From NCBI RefSeq assembly GCF_003704095.1, contig NW_020843829.1:558001-622000 (forward strand): 64,000 bases of DNA, given 5' to 3'. Under the pieces are notes generated by a model that was given only the letters and a program-made list of their open reading frames with translations, was not told the DNA's origin and searched no databases. Made by a program: the position numbers and the translations under genes. This stretch comes from Pocillopora damicornis. Taxonomy: Eukaryota. Of the stretch, positions 42,601 through 57,600 are shown one piece after another (position 1 is the first letter of the stretch; each line of letters starts with the position of its first letter).

Positions 42601-45600
42601 GATGTGTTGAAGCGGGTTGATGGACTAGTGAAACCCATTGAAAATGTAAGATTTATTCTGCTTTGAGATTTTGTGTCTGCTTTCAAGTTTTCCCTTGAGT
42701 TTTGTATATTGGTCCTTGATGACTTTGTAGTGAGAGGGAAGGGGGAACTTGAGGTCACTTAAGTGGATAAATTAGCCTACTTTTCAGGGTGTACTGACAG
42801 CCAAAATGCTGTTTAGACACTTTTTGCCTGAGTGTTGCAAAAATTAAGACCCAATATTGGCCAGTACGCATTGTGCGCTTCTGTTTTTGTTATGGTTTTC
42901 ACAAGAGCAAGGCTTGTATTTTTTTCTTGAAGCTTCTGGAATAAATTCAACATCAAGTCAATGGTTGTCGATGGCCAATGTTACATGTAATGCGTACTGG
43001 TCAAAACTGGGTCTTTAAAACCAATTGAAAGTAATAACAATAGCTAACCACAACAATGGTAATTATCACCTGGAGGCAAAGAGAACTCAAGAAGGCACAG
43101 ATCAATGGCCTTAAATATTAAAAAATCAAGTCATACTTGCTGTTGGACTTGCATCTGATTAGTTGAGAGGTTGATCTTGGACCAAAAGGAAAGAAAAACC
43201 TTTGAAACTTCTTCATTAGATTTTGATTTTTTTTTTACCTAATTAACAATTAAATTAATTTTGTACGTTATGAATATTTAGGTATTAAGATATATGGTCT
43301 CACTGATGACAGAATTTATATTAAATTTACTGGAATCACTATAGATAGCCCTTTGCATAAGCCCTGTAGAGTTCCCTAGTCTACATTGCCTCTCTGATTT
43401 TTTACTAATAAATTATTCTTTTAATTTGTATATTTGTAGCAAACTAATGAAGCAAATTCAACTGAAATTTCCCTAAAAATTTGAGAGAGTTAAGAGGTTG
43501 TTTATATTTTTTAGGTTGGATTTGATGCCTTCAGCCTTAGACATGCTGCAAGTTGGCGAAATGTGATGGACTGGTTCCACAGAGAAGTTACAGCCATTGA
43601 AAATGAAGCTAGACACTTCATTGATGACTCGTTTAAGACACTGAGGTCTGCTGAGGGAGCCTTTGACATGCTTTTGAATTTCAGACACATTAGATCACGG
43701 GAAGCTATCAACTCACAAATGATGAAGAAGTTCAACGACATCTTGGTGCAGTTTGGAAAAGAGGTACATACATTTTTATGAGTGCATAATTGTATTTAGC
43801 CTGTTAACTCTTTAGAGTGACTAGCATCTAAATTCTCCTTACAATATCACCCCTGAATCAAACATATATGAAGGTCATAAGAATGAATGAAATGATCACC
43901 AACTAAAGCAGCTTTTGATCTTAAAACAAATTTTCCTTGTCAGCACCTTAGAAAATGTATAGAGAACAGTTTGGAGAATATGCATACTGATGTTGGGTTG
44001 CAAGGGTGAAGATGCAGCATGAAAGATACTGATATGAGACAGGTTCTACCTTTTAATCTATCTAGAATCTTTTTTTTTATTTTGGCTTTGAAATTTATCC
44101 AGAAGTACAGGGATTATCACTACCCATTTAGATTCTGGATCATGTTGTCTTGACTCAAATCCTTGTTGGAGTTTCAGAAGTCATAACTAACTGCCCATTT
44201 TGAAAGGAGTACTCATCATAGTGACCCAGTGAGTACTATGCTTAAGATTTGTGTTTTCTATTCCAAGGTGGATGCTATGTATGCACTGTTCAAAGCCAAC
44301 GCAGACAAACCTCCAATCTTCAAGAATCAACCTCCTGTGGCGGGAGCCATCAGCTGGGAACGTTCTCTCTTTCTTCGCATAAAGCACACCATCTTGAGAT
44401 TTCAAGAGATGGAGGACATGCTGAATTCAGAGCAAGGAAAATTGGTAAGACTTGGCAATGAGATAGTCAGCAAAGGTTTTTCACAAAATTGTTTGAAGGT
44501 AAAGTGTGCCATTGCATTGTGGGGGACTCCTTGATGGACTGATTAAGGCACTGGTCCCTGGATGGAAAGGTCAAACACTTAACCCTTTAACTCCCATGAA
44601 TGACCAAGACAAAAATTCTCCTTACAATTTAAATACAATATATAGCAGATAAATTATGAGAATTAAGAAAAATATCAATTAGGGGGGATTCTTCCAAATT
44701 CTTAGAACTATTGTTGTAAGAATTGTGTAGAGATTTTGATTTAAGAGAGGATTTGGGGAGTGAAAGGGTTAATTCTCTTCCCTCAAAAGTGCAAATGGGC
44801 ACCAGCAAAATGTGAAAATCAAAAATCTGAAAGAAAGCTGGGAAAGGTAAAGGGGGGAACCTTGTGCTGGAGTGGCATCTCATCTCCAGTGGGAGGGGAG
44901 GGGAGGGGAGTAGCAGTGCTTCCAGTCACTTCACACTACTGAAACTGGGTTAAGTTGTGGCAGGATGGACTTACTGGCTTGTAAGCTGGTTGAAGTGTAA
45001 TTACATTTGCCACCTGGTTGCTGACCCATCTTTTAAATGTCTTAGCAGAAAGTCCAGGCTATTAACACTTTTTCTCCCTTACATCATAAAAATATAGCTC
45101 AAGAATCTGATCATTCATCCATCAAATCAACGTTTGTCGTTCAGCAGTGGTCGCTATTGACACAGGGTTTTACTTCATGTCTTAAATCACATTCAAGAAT
45201 CCTTGCAATCCATTGGTTTCCCTTCCTCATTATTGTTTACTTCTTGTTTCCAGGCAAGCAAAAAGTATCTTAGTGTGGCACGGCAGATGAAAGAATATGA
45301 AGACAGAAAATATGAAGCATGGAAAGAACAGGTTGAAGCAAATCTCTTGATCTACCTTAAGAAAAATCTGTTGATCAAGCCCTCAGCAAGCTCTGCAACC
45401 ACACACAGAAGTGCTGCTGATGAAGGAAACTCTGAGGATGCATCTGGAAGCCTAGCTGCAGCAGTGCAGGCTCAAGGTAACATTGTTGTTTTTTTTTAAA
45501 TTTTTTTTTCCTGCTGTAGGTGTCTAAGCATGTAGACTTTGTGTGCTCTCACAGAGTCTACATGCCGCTAGTTACTCTTTCAGAGGTAAAAGTCTTCAAG

Positions 45601-48600
45601 TGTATGGTGATTTCTCTAAGATTTCTGGAACCAAAATGTACATCTCTTATTTTGATACATTATACAGTGCCAGTAACAAGGTTACAACCAGTCTCTGATT
45701 CTAGAAGATGATGCTGTTTCCTTTACTAAATTAGATTTAAACCAATTTGAATTTGAATTTCAATGTTTTATGTTTCAAAAGGAGTAAGAGAAAGGGGTAA
45801 AGAGAAATGATTGGGCTGGGATTACAGCAAAATGAATTGTGGAATACATTGTAAAGATTACTTTCAGATATTACAAATGAAAATAAACTTGTGGAATCTT
45901 TAAAAATCACTTTGCCAGGTGAAGCAAAACCCAGGCAATCTGCAAATGGTTTTGACACTTGCTTGAAAATTGGCTTTATTTCTCATTTTCAATTATATAT
46001 AGATGGACATTGAATTTTGAATTTTGTACAGCTGAGATGAATCCTGGCAAGTTCTAAGTTTGTTGTTGGTATTTATTTCAGCCTCTCATCCCAACCTACA
46101 GTATGTGGCAGATTTTGCACCAGAGTTAGGTTTAATCATTATGGAGACAAAGTACTTAGAGCAGCTAGGATTCCAGGTTCCTGAGCTGGCCAGAAATGTT
46201 GCTTTGCAGGTATTTTGTCAAATAATGTCACTGAACTCTGTTTGAAATGAATATGCATGTACATGGATGTGATGTTTCTGTACAATCATGTATATCAATA
46301 AATTTTGTGATGATCACAAAAACATTCCTATTTTTAGCAGTCTTTACAAGTGACCTTGACAAGCTGTCTCTGAGTCCCACTAATAAGCCCCTCTCTTAAA
46401 CTTTAAGTTTCTAATAAACCCCTAATTCTGATAAGCTCTTTCTCCATTAAGTCCTCATCTCTATAAAGTCTCTCTTTCATAAGCCATCTCTCTTATGAGC
46501 TCTTCTCTTTAACCCTTTAACTCCTAAGAGTGATAAGCATATAATTTCTCCCAACAGTATCACCCCTAAATCAAACATTAAGTTCATGAGAATAAGGGTA
46601 ATGATCAGAAACTTAAGAAGCACTTGATTTTTAGAAAAGTTCTCCTTGCAAGCACCATAGGAAATGTAAAGGGAAAGGAATGGAGAACTTGCATACTGAT
46701 GTTAGGGTGTAAAGAGTTAATGAGCCCTTCTCTCTGACTTGCCCCCCACATCCTTTCTTAAAAACTCTTCAACAGTAGGTTTTTTTTATGTGATTTAGCT
46801 ATAGTAAGTGTTACAGTGTGAATTATACTTGCAATTAAAAGCTTATGTCAGTGTCTGTTTTATGAAATATGTAAGCATGTGCTTATTGAATGAGTGGAAG
46901 GGCTAGACTGGAAAATATTTGGCTGTAGTTCATGATGTACGGATGATGTCGTTTTTGGTGGTCAATAAAACCGGCCGATAAATTCATTGTATAGAAAAGT
47001 GACTCGTAATTTCCTCAAAGATGAAGGTAGTTTTGTTTTTCATAGAAAATGACTCCAGGTACAGTGAGGTTTTTTTTTTTTTAAGTGCTCAAATAAACAT
47101 CATCGATTTATGTGATAATTCATGTTAACAGGAAGAGAAGTACTTGAAATATGTGGATGGCCTGAAGCTTATGTTGGACAGATACCACACTGTTCTTGGA
47201 AGTCTCAATGTTGCAGAGGTAACTTTATATTTGAGTACATTAAGTCAAGTTCCTTGTATAAGTTCAAACTATAGCTACCTGTGACCTTACAGTATGGGGA
47301 AGAGTTATTGCTTGATTCTAACTAAGACAGGTTTGAATTAGTCATGTTTTCACTGGTTCTTCGACGTAAAATTAGGTTCAAAGAACGTCAGTTATTAATT
47401 TCGTAGACATAAACACTTCACCTGCACATTCCCAGGGGGGGCTTGCTGTATAGCTATGCATGAGTAAGTTTATATTTCTTTCTCTTTTTTCACCAGACAC
47501 AACTTCTAGAAGATCACATCAAAGAGTTAAAACGTGTTCTAAAGCCAGGGGCAAAACGATTAAACTGGAACTCGCTTGGAATAAGTGACTACATCACGAG
47601 ATGTGGACAGGTAACACGTGAAATATTGAAGCACTTAATCATGTTAATCATCGTTTATCATCGTTAATCTTGAAGTGTCGTAAAACCCGAAACAAAGTTA
47701 TATCAACGACCAATCAGAAGAAATCAAACTAAAACCAAGCAAACTGCTTAGAGCGCGGGGAAACGCGGGTGATCAACTCGTGATTGGTTTTAGTTTTGCA
47801 TCTGATTGGTTAAATAAGTGGCGCAAGTTTTTTGGACCAATCACAGAGAGAAGTAAAGAAAAACAAAGAAATCCTGTATTACTTTGGACACTCGGTTGAA
47901 GATTATCCCCGAGGAAAGCTATATAAAAGTTTCAAAGCAAGCCAAAAGATTCAGATTTTCTATTTGAATGCTAACTTATGCAGTACTGAAATATCGCTAA
48001 TATTTGTATTCACAGGCCATCAGCAAATTTGAATCACTTGTGAATCAAATCCAGAAAAATGCCAAAGACATCAACAGCCGCCTGGAGTTGATGGAGAACA
48101 CAGTGTTATTCAAACAGCCACCGCCTAAAATAGGAGGAGCACTTCCTGATGCAAAGGTTATTAGACTTCTTTACCAAATTCATGTTGACTTTCTAGTTTG
48201 CTCATGTTTTGCTCTCGAAATTATGCAATGTAATCGCTTTGATTTTTTGCAAAATTCTTGCAGGAGTTCTTTGAATATCTTGAAAAAGCTCGAGCGGTGG
48301 AGCTTGAAAACTTGGCCAGAAGATACAGAGCCGTTGGACCGCTTCTTACGAAGATGGAAGGACTTGTCGTTCATACAAACACTGGCAGATCGACCAAACT
48401 ACAACCTTACTATGCCTACTGGGAGAATGCAGTCTATGAAGCCCTCACAAAGGTACTTACTTACCGTAACCTAGTTTAACAACTTAGTTTAGCAACTGAA
48501 GGTGTAGCCAAAGTCGCCCATCCACGACTTATAAACGGTAGTCATGTGACGAGCTGTGACGTTTTTCTTATATGAAGTTTGTGGTCTAAAGTTAAACTGA

Positions 48601-51600
48601 GACATACATTTGTGTAAGTTATCATTATTCGTTGTCATTTCCCCCCCAAAAATTTGCGCCTTTGCTCTTGATTGTTCAAGTACTAAGTTCTGGAATGTCC
48701 CGTGAAATTAAAAAATTGATTTTCAGCTTTTCTTTTCCTTTTTTTTTGTGGCAACTTATCTTTTATTTCTGGCGACCATTTTATGATTTTAGACCGCCAT
48801 CTTGGCGACTTTGAAAAAAGTTGAGTTTGGAGCTGTGTTTTTTCAGATGGTGACCAAAAACCTGCAGCAGTTTAACCAGCAACTTCACGCCCGCCAGCCA
48901 TTGTTCCAGATCGAAACAGTGTTGTCTGCGCCAGAGATTGTCTTATCTCCTCCGGCAAATGAGATCTACAAATTAATCATGCAGTCAATTAGAGACATGG
49001 TGGAGGGGTAAGTTTAAAAGATAACATGGATCTTCTCAGTAGTTTTAAACTTGTGTAGTTTTACTTGTGTCTGTACAGATCTTGTCGATCGTAAAGTCTG
49101 ATCGTTCAGGTGAGATTATTCTTCGAAAGGACTGTTGTCGGCCACAGTTACTGACGTTTTGACAACCTGAGCTAAAGTCATCACCAGAGTCAAGTGAAAG
49201 GTTGTTTTTCAGGGGATCATGTCTCTATTAATAGCACTAAGTGGGATTACTCCTTGTTTAAACGTTTGATTCCCTAGAAATGCTTGATCAGTTGGTTTTT
49301 GTGCTCAGATCTGGTTTCTATAACGCCTGATGGGTCCTTTGTTCATGATGACCCTTCTTTTTGCTGTTTTCTCACTGGTCAACACATCACCGCCAAACTA
49401 GTGTGTAGAATGAATACTTACCCAAAATGTTGGAGGAAAGGAGAGGAGTGAAGCTAAAAGTTTCATTGAAGGAACTGGTAATGCCCCTGCAAACTTCCCT
49501 GGAGCCCCTCACATCACATTGGCGAAACCGTCGCACTGACTTAACCTGGCCTAAATTACATTTAGCCCAGGAGTCATTGGCATAACAAGACGCTTTTGTG
49601 CAAGCTATACATATTTGATTTCAATGTTGCATTGGTTTCCTTCACAGAACCAGAATGTTTGTTCGCTGGATGAACGGTACGTGCATCGAGACTCCGCCCC
49701 AGCACGCTGAGGGTGAGGACGAGCCAGTAGTGTTTAGTTTCTTCACAGATATCTCGGCCAATCCTGCCATCATAGACCTGGTGACTACTCTGTCGAAAAG
49801 TGTGCAGAACACTCTGGGAAACTTGAACAAACACCTGACTCGCTGGCGGAGGTACAGGTTGCTATGGAAACTTGACAAGGTTTGTAATGATGTCTGAATA
49901 TAAATGTTACATTTCTATCAGTGAAAATCGGTCAATTTACCAACAGGAATGCGCCAATCGGATTGACTGAGCTTCTCATCTGGTATTAACCATTTAGGTG
50001 CCTTCTCGTTCGTTTTTCTGAAGCTTTTTTTGGACAAAATATATTTTTTCTATGAAACATGTAAGTTTTATTACGTGTTATAGTAATTTCTGATGCGGTT
50101 GCTTGTTTTAGAGTGCATTTCGATTGAGTGTAGTGGAACAAAAACGAAAGTAATCCCAATAGCCAATCAGGACAACAGATAATATCACAAGGTGCCAATG
50201 AGAACTCAAAGTTAGAACAAGCAAACCGCCTAAAGCGCGGGAAAACGCGGTCGACCAAGTGAGGATTGGCTTTAGTTTCTCATTGGTTGAGAAAGTGGCG
50301 CAAGTTTTCTGGATCACCCAGCGAATCACAGCGAAACCAAAGCAATTCCAAATTACTTTTGACACTTAATCAAAAAATTGCTCTACGACTTTTATCTTAA
50401 AGGAACCTCGAATTAAAAATCTAGATGTTTTTCATACGTTTCTTACATGTGCATATACTTTTTCGCTCGAGAGTTTCAAGTGTGTGGCTATTTGCGTAGT
50501 GTCTATCGACATAACCACTCAGTGTTTATTTATTTTGCACATTTTTGTTATCATAACTGATTTGTTTGTTTGTTGTCCACAAAACAGAGTAACATGGTGG
50601 AGAAGTTTGCACAGAAGAAACCAACGTGTATTGCTTATGACGAAAAGTTACAGTTCTACTCAAATCTGGTCATTGAGGTATTAAGATAGATCTGCTTTTT
50701 GCAAAGTATACTCTTAGGTTAACGTCACAGTTCTTATAGTCAGCGATCATTCAAGGAAACAGAGGTGAATATCGGTGGATATTTACTTAACAATCAAGCA
50801 AGTAGTAAGAGGTTCACTGAGGTAAACAATTGTTTTTATGTCACACAGGTTGAACAGTTAGCGCACCCAACAATTTCATCCTTTCTGACATTATGTCGAC
50901 ACATGGTCGGAAATTAAACCGGTGAAAATCTTGCCGCGCGTTACTCCTTCGCGATTAGGGATTCTTACTACAGTGATTGTAATAACTTTATGATATTTAC
51001 CAGGTTGGAAACCAGGTCATGACAAAAGACATTGATTTTGTTCGTCTCAACTTGGACCCTCTGGCAACGACTATTCAGGCCAATGCGAGGGCCTGGGTCA
51101 AGGAGCTGGGCAAGTTTTTGAACGAATCGGCAAGGGAAGATCTGAATGCTCTCAAGGCAGAAATTGAGGTTTGTTTCAAGAGGATAGCTTGATTTGCCTT
51201 CCTATCTTTTATAAAACCCGTTAACGATATCATGGATAATTTGTACTGTTTTCGCTCTAACTTTTCCGGTAAATCATTTGGCACAATGTCATCCGCTACT
51301 TAGTTCGTTACTTTGTCGTGACTTGTCATTGGTAATGATCGCTGTTGAGGAGCCCCGAGAAACGATTGCACAAACTAACTTTTGGAGAATTTAGCGAATG
51401 AAAAACTTAGTAGGAAAAAAGAACCAACGAATGAAAGATAAAAAGGGTGAATGATAAAGGCGACAGAGTAAATAACAGGCAAATTAAGTGAACAACTGAC
51501 AGATGAATGATCGAACTAAATAGCGAACGAACTACTTGTTTACCGGATATTTTTCGTGTCGCAGCATTAGTTGAGAAGTTTTTTTTTGACTGTTTTGTTA

Positions 51601-54600
51601 CAGGGTTTAACAGATGATCTCAAGCGAGAACCAGACACGCTAGAAGACTTGAAGTTTGTCCTGCGCGTAATTGCAGACATCAGAGACAAGTCTCTTGATG
51701 TAGAGCTTCGCTATGTCGACATTCAGGAAAGATACCGAACCATTCTGATGTATGATATTGAGGTAAGAAATAAAATAATTATATCCCAAAGTCAGCTAAA
51801 TTGTCCGTGTCTCAAGCTTCATTGTATGATCAGGGTTGCCAATAAGTTTAAGAGAAGAAGGCAGTTAAAAAAAAAAAAAAGGTAGTCAGCCATAGTTCAT
51901 CTCATAAACTGTGAAATGACTGCACTAAAATTATCTTGGATGGTCTTTCAGTGATTGTATGACTGTTTATCTGCACTTATGGTAAAATGTGGTGAAAGTC
52001 GCCGGCTATAGATGGCAGACTAAGCAGCTATTGTTTAGCTACTGCATGGCTCTTATCGACAGCTCTCATTTGTTCATGTCTGTATTGCACTTCTTTCTTA
52101 TTGAAAGGTTCCCGAGAGCGAGCTGGAGCTGGCCACCAACATCACCCAAGCGTGGGATGACCTGTTCCTGGAATCTCGCACAGTGGACGCAAGTTTGGTC
52201 TCTGTTAAGAAGAAATTCACTGAGGTTAGTTTTGAGAACACATTTGTTGAAGAAGAGATGATACAATATTGTAATACATGGGTACCCAGGACTTGCATGT
52301 ATTATCAACGTTGTTCTTAACTCTTTGATCTCAAGGAGTAACCAGCATCTAATTTCTCCTCACAGTATAACCGCTGAATCAAGCATTAAGGTCACGAGAA
52401 AAAAGGAAATGATCAGTGACCGAAGAAGTTCTTGATTGTGAAAGAAATTCTCTTTGTTAGCACCTTAGGAAATGCTTAGAGAACAGTATGGAGAATATGG
52501 ATACTGATTTTAGGGTGTAAAGGGTTAGATCCATGTATGTCTGAACTTGGCTTTTAAGAGATGCAAAACAAAGTTATGCTCTTAGAAAAGTGGAAGCGTG
52601 AAGGCTCTCGTCTCCGAAATCTTGGGTGCCCTGTTCGAAAATACTTCCGTAAAAGCAAAGTTATACGAATTGCCTAAAGACAGAACCTTTTAGAACCTAG
52701 TTACCCGTGACACTCGCGCTCTGCTTGAGCACAGCCCTGGAAAAGGTTCAAAACTTACCCAATTTCCACACACAACTTTACATAATTTAATTTAACTCTA
52801 CATGATGTAACACAAGTGAGCAATGAGTAAATCGCGTGTCATCTTTAGGTGATAAAAATGGATAACATTTATATTTCCTCATCAATATATCTATTTTGTA
52901 GATCACGCAAGATCAAGTTTCCGACTTCTCCAAAGACATTTCAAAGTTTAAAGAAAGCTTCATCAATGAAGGTCCAAGCTCTATTGGCACTGATCTTGAA
53001 GCAGGTAAATTTACGAAGCTTGATGTAAGGTTTTCTCAACTTTTCAACACCTATATAAAATCGAGATGAGAAGTATGATTTAATTTTCGATCTGCACTCG
53101 ACTGTATTTTTTTCTTAGGTGTGGAACTGTTAAAGAAATTCAAAGAAGAGTTTGCAAACTTTGAAAAGGAGCGTCAAGAATTGGCGAATGCTGAAAAACT
53201 CTTTGGTCTTCAGATCACTCTTTACCCTGAACTACTGGACATGGAGAAAGAGCTGAAGGGATTGGATCAGATCTTTTCTATTTATGAGAATCAAAAGGCA
53301 AGTTGAGTGAAAAGTTATTCGAAAGATTTGCGCTTAAATGGAAGCAAGCCAAGTGTCAAATGTTTAGGGCGTCAGTGTTGCGGTAAATTCCCACAACAGA
53401 AATGGTGGGGCCAAACAAATGAAGCTGGCTTGTGCAAAGTTGCTCCAACCTCTCCATAGAATTTTCAAGACGTTTGTTTATCCCTAGCGATTCATTTTTC
53501 TTTGTCGTTTTTGCTGTGGTTGATAATTGTGATCACCTTACCTGAAGATTCAGACCAATTTTCTTTTGAATGTCGATATTATTCCAAGAATGCAATGGTC
53601 TTGCTTGATTTTGGTCTGTCTCTCTGGTCTAAAAATTTCGTACCACCCTCTAAACCAATCAGATGCAAAACAAAAGCCAATTGCGACTTGTACATCCGCG
53701 TTTTCCCGCGCTTCATACAGTTTGGTCCTTTTCACTATAAGAGTTTTCATTGGCTCCTGGTGATAGTTTCTGTCCCTCTGATTGGCCGTTTAATTAATTA
53801 CTTATTACGTGTATGTTCCTGTCCATCAGGCGGCTCGCGATGAATGGGCCAACACGCTATGGGCCAACCTTGATGTGTCAGTGTTATCAGAGGGTATTGA
53901 CGGGTTTATTAAACAACTCAAGAGACTTCCAAGAGAGGTGAAAGCCCTACCGCTGTGCCATATTCTGGAGGAGAAGATGAAGGAGTTTAAGAATTCCATT
54001 CCACTCTTTTCTGATCTGAAAAACGAGGCTTTGCGAGAACGGTAGGCAATGGGTCGTTGATTGTTGAACAAATTCTCCTTGCCAGTACCAGAAGAAAACT
54101 GATATTACTTTTAAAAAGTTTGGTTAATTGTGTTCTTTAATTTTTTCAACCGAAAAGGACGACAAAACGATAAAACTATGTAAATGTATAGCAATACAAA
54201 CATAATTCAATTCTGTTGGATCGTTCAATTCCTTGTCATATCTTTTAAAAATTTTTTATTAACAAAATAGCATACAATGTATTCTTACCCTGTATAAAAA
54301 ACCTTTTATTCATAGTCGGAAGGAAAAAGAAGGCCAATATGAAAAAAAGAGTACATTAATTCTGTAATTTTGACTTCTTTACCGAACAGCCATTGGAAGA
54401 AATTGATGGAAATGACAGGTATGAAGTTCGATCTCAATCCGGACACCTTCACACTTCAGAACATGTTTGCTATGGAGCTACACAAGTTCCAGGAGGTCAT
54501 CGGTGACATCACGGCTAGCGCCACAAAAGAGCTTGGGATCGAGAAAGGTATCAGTGAAGTGGGTGATACGTGGGGCGCTATGAAATTCACTGTGTCCAAG

Positions 54601-57600
54601 TTTATGAAAGGAACCCAAGAGAGAGGCTTTATTTTGGGAGCTGTTGATGAAATCCTGCAAATACTGGATGACAATGCCATGAATTTGCAGAGTATGTCCG
54701 CCTCGCGGTTTGTGGGGCCGTTTTTGGAAACTGTTAACAAGTGGGAGAAGAGTTTGTCACACATTGGAGAGGTTGTTGAGGTAAGTGTCTGAGCAATAGT
54801 AAACTGAGTGTCGAAAGTAATTAAATTACATGTTCTATGATTTTGCTTTACCTCGCACTGTGATTGGTCCAGATTGGTCTGTGATTGGTCCAGATTGGTC
54901 TGTGATTGGTCCAGATTGGTCTGTGGCTAGTCTAGTGCTACTTTTTCATCCAATCAGGTTTAAATCTGAAATCATTCGCGACTTGGTCACCTATGTTTCC
55001 CGCGCTTCTTGCAGTTTGTTTGTTTTTACTTTCGGTTCTCATTGGCTCATTATGTTATTTCCTTTCTTCCGATTGTCTGTCGTAATTATTTGGTTTTGGA
55101 CTTACGACGCTCAATCGAAATGTGCTCTAAAATTGCTTAAACAAGGTTAAATTTGGAAACCAACAGATAGGTACTTTGTCCTAAAAGGGCAACTAAACAT
55201 CAAAACCACTCAATATGAAACTGCGAAGGAAATCTGTACCAGTCCCCATGGTAAGCCTTACTTGAGTTGGAATCTCGAAAAACCATCAACGTCTTAAGGA
55301 AACAGCTATGTCATGTAGCGTTGCAAATAATATCTGATATCCACTGTCTGGGATCGTTTTTTTTTCTAATCCTCCTCAGGTGTGGATGGTTGTGCAAAGA
55401 AAGTGGATGTATCTTGAGAGCATCTTCATCGGCGGAGACATCAGAGCTCAGCTTCCAGAGGAGGCCAAGAAATTCGATGACATCGATAAGACATTCAAGA
55501 AGGTTTGTAGCATGTTACGCTTCTGTGTTGCACGTGAAGGTGTGTGTGCTAAAGAATTAGTGATCGGGAGGAGGGGGGGTGGTGGCAGAGAGCAAGGGTT
55601 CTTGTCCAGACGTTTGGATACATCAGTTTCATTAATAACCAGTCCAACATCTAATTTCTCTCCACAATAACACTGCCGGATCATCCATTAAGACCATGAA
55701 AATAAAGGGAATGATCGCCAGTCAAAGAAGCTTTGATTGTTAAACGAATTTTCCTTTTCTCTTGGAAGAAAATTCAGAAGAAATCTGGGAAAACACCCTT
55801 CGTTCATCTCTAAATTTAACTATGAATTTTTCAGGGAAAAGCACGTCCCAGTTAACACCACAAATATCCCGCTCTGCTCTCTCATCTTTTCTTAGTTCGG
55901 CTCCCGTTAAGAGCACATTTTCTCCAATATCTGTGTCACTTGAATAATTCATCTTGCACTTTATGGTCTTCACCTTGTTTCTGTCTTCAGATCATGAGTG
56001 ACACTGCAAAGAATCCAAAAGTGTTAGAAGCTTGTCACGCCGCCAGTCGTCTGGAGCAGCTGCAGATGTTGGTAGCTGGTTTGGAGAAGTGTCAGAAGAG
56101 TTTAAATGATTACCTGGACTCCAAGAGAAACGCCTTCCCAAGGTTCTTCTTTATTTCTGACGACGAACTGCTCTCTATTCTCGGCAGCCATGATCCACAG
56201 TGCGTGCAAGAACATATGATCAAGGTAACTGAGTACGACGCAATCAGGGCCAATTTTATTGCTTAATGGCGAGTGGCAAATTTACCTCTGATTTTGCTTA
56301 CTTTTCCTCTAATTGTTTATTAGAGCCAGTTGACAACAATGACAAATACTTCAATTTCACGTGCGCAAACATTTTAACCCTTCTACCACCAAGAGTGACT
56401 AGCATCTAATTTCTCCTTAAAATATCCCTCCTTAATCACACACTAAAGTCATGAGAATGAAGGAAATGATCACCAACACCTTAGGAAATGTATAGAGAAC
56501 AATAAGGAGAATTTGCATACTGATGTTAGGGTGTAATGGCTTAAGGCAGTCAGTAAATTTTGCCTTTGTTGTTTGCGCACATGTGGTTCTAAAATCTTTA
56601 TAGTTAACCTCTTTGGGACATACAATAAGTAGGTTATATGCTGTTTCTATCTGGCTCTGAAGACAAGACTTGATGAGCCCTTACAACTTCTAAAGATTAG
56701 CAAAGGCATGTTCTGTCCACTGCTGTGGTGATTTCTTAATGATAAAGAGAGGAAGCGCATAGAGAGGGAAAGAGCGAAACGGAGCGTTCATTTTCTTTTA
56801 CTCTAACAACCCCTCGCGTTCATGTTCGTTAAATCCCTGGCGGCTCCTATTTCGCGCGCGCTGTGGGCGATGATCTTAGAGAGAATACAAGGATTGTCAA
56901 CACATCATCTGAAGCATGGGCTTGGCATTATCTCTAACCTGTTTTAAACGCAGTTATCACCAAGTAATCGCAACTTGTATGCGGCGCAGCTTCCTTCAAA
57001 AGCTAATCATTTACTTTCTAATTTTATTGGTTCTCGTCTTTTACAGATGTTTGACAACATTGCTAAGTTGCGTTTCGAAGAAGGAACTGGTGAAGAGATG
57101 TTGGCCACTGCCATGCTCAGTAGCGAGGCTGAAGTGATGGAGTTCAGGCAGCCAGTGGCGGCTGAGGGACGAGTGGAAGACTGGATGACAAACGTGCTGA
57201 ATGAAATGAGAAGGACTAACAGACTCATTACGAAAGAGGCCATCTTTAAATATGGCGGCGAACTGTCCAGGTATAAGTTCTTTCTTTACCTTACCATTAA
57301 ATCTCTACGAGCGACCAGCATCTAATTTCTCCTCGCAATATCACCCTGGATCACACCTTAAGGAAACGATCACCAACTTTAGAAGCTCTTGATTTTTAAA
57401 TAAATTCTCCTTTTGATAACCATAGGAATGTATAGAGAACAGTACAGAGAATATGCGTCCTGATGTTAGGTTGTAAAGGGTTAAGCTTTAATGATCTGTG
57501 GCTAAGGTTGTGTTTGCTTTAGCATTACGATTTTGTTGTTAAAAAATTGTTTCCTTAGCGTCCCAGACAGTTTTGAAGAAATTAAAAAAAAAAAAAACAG

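Noticed and set aside
54830-55150. ORF with VIGPDWS repeats; possible CRISPR-like array
   Set aside because: Head-to-tail 21-bp tandem repeat without spacers, inside an intronic MITE.
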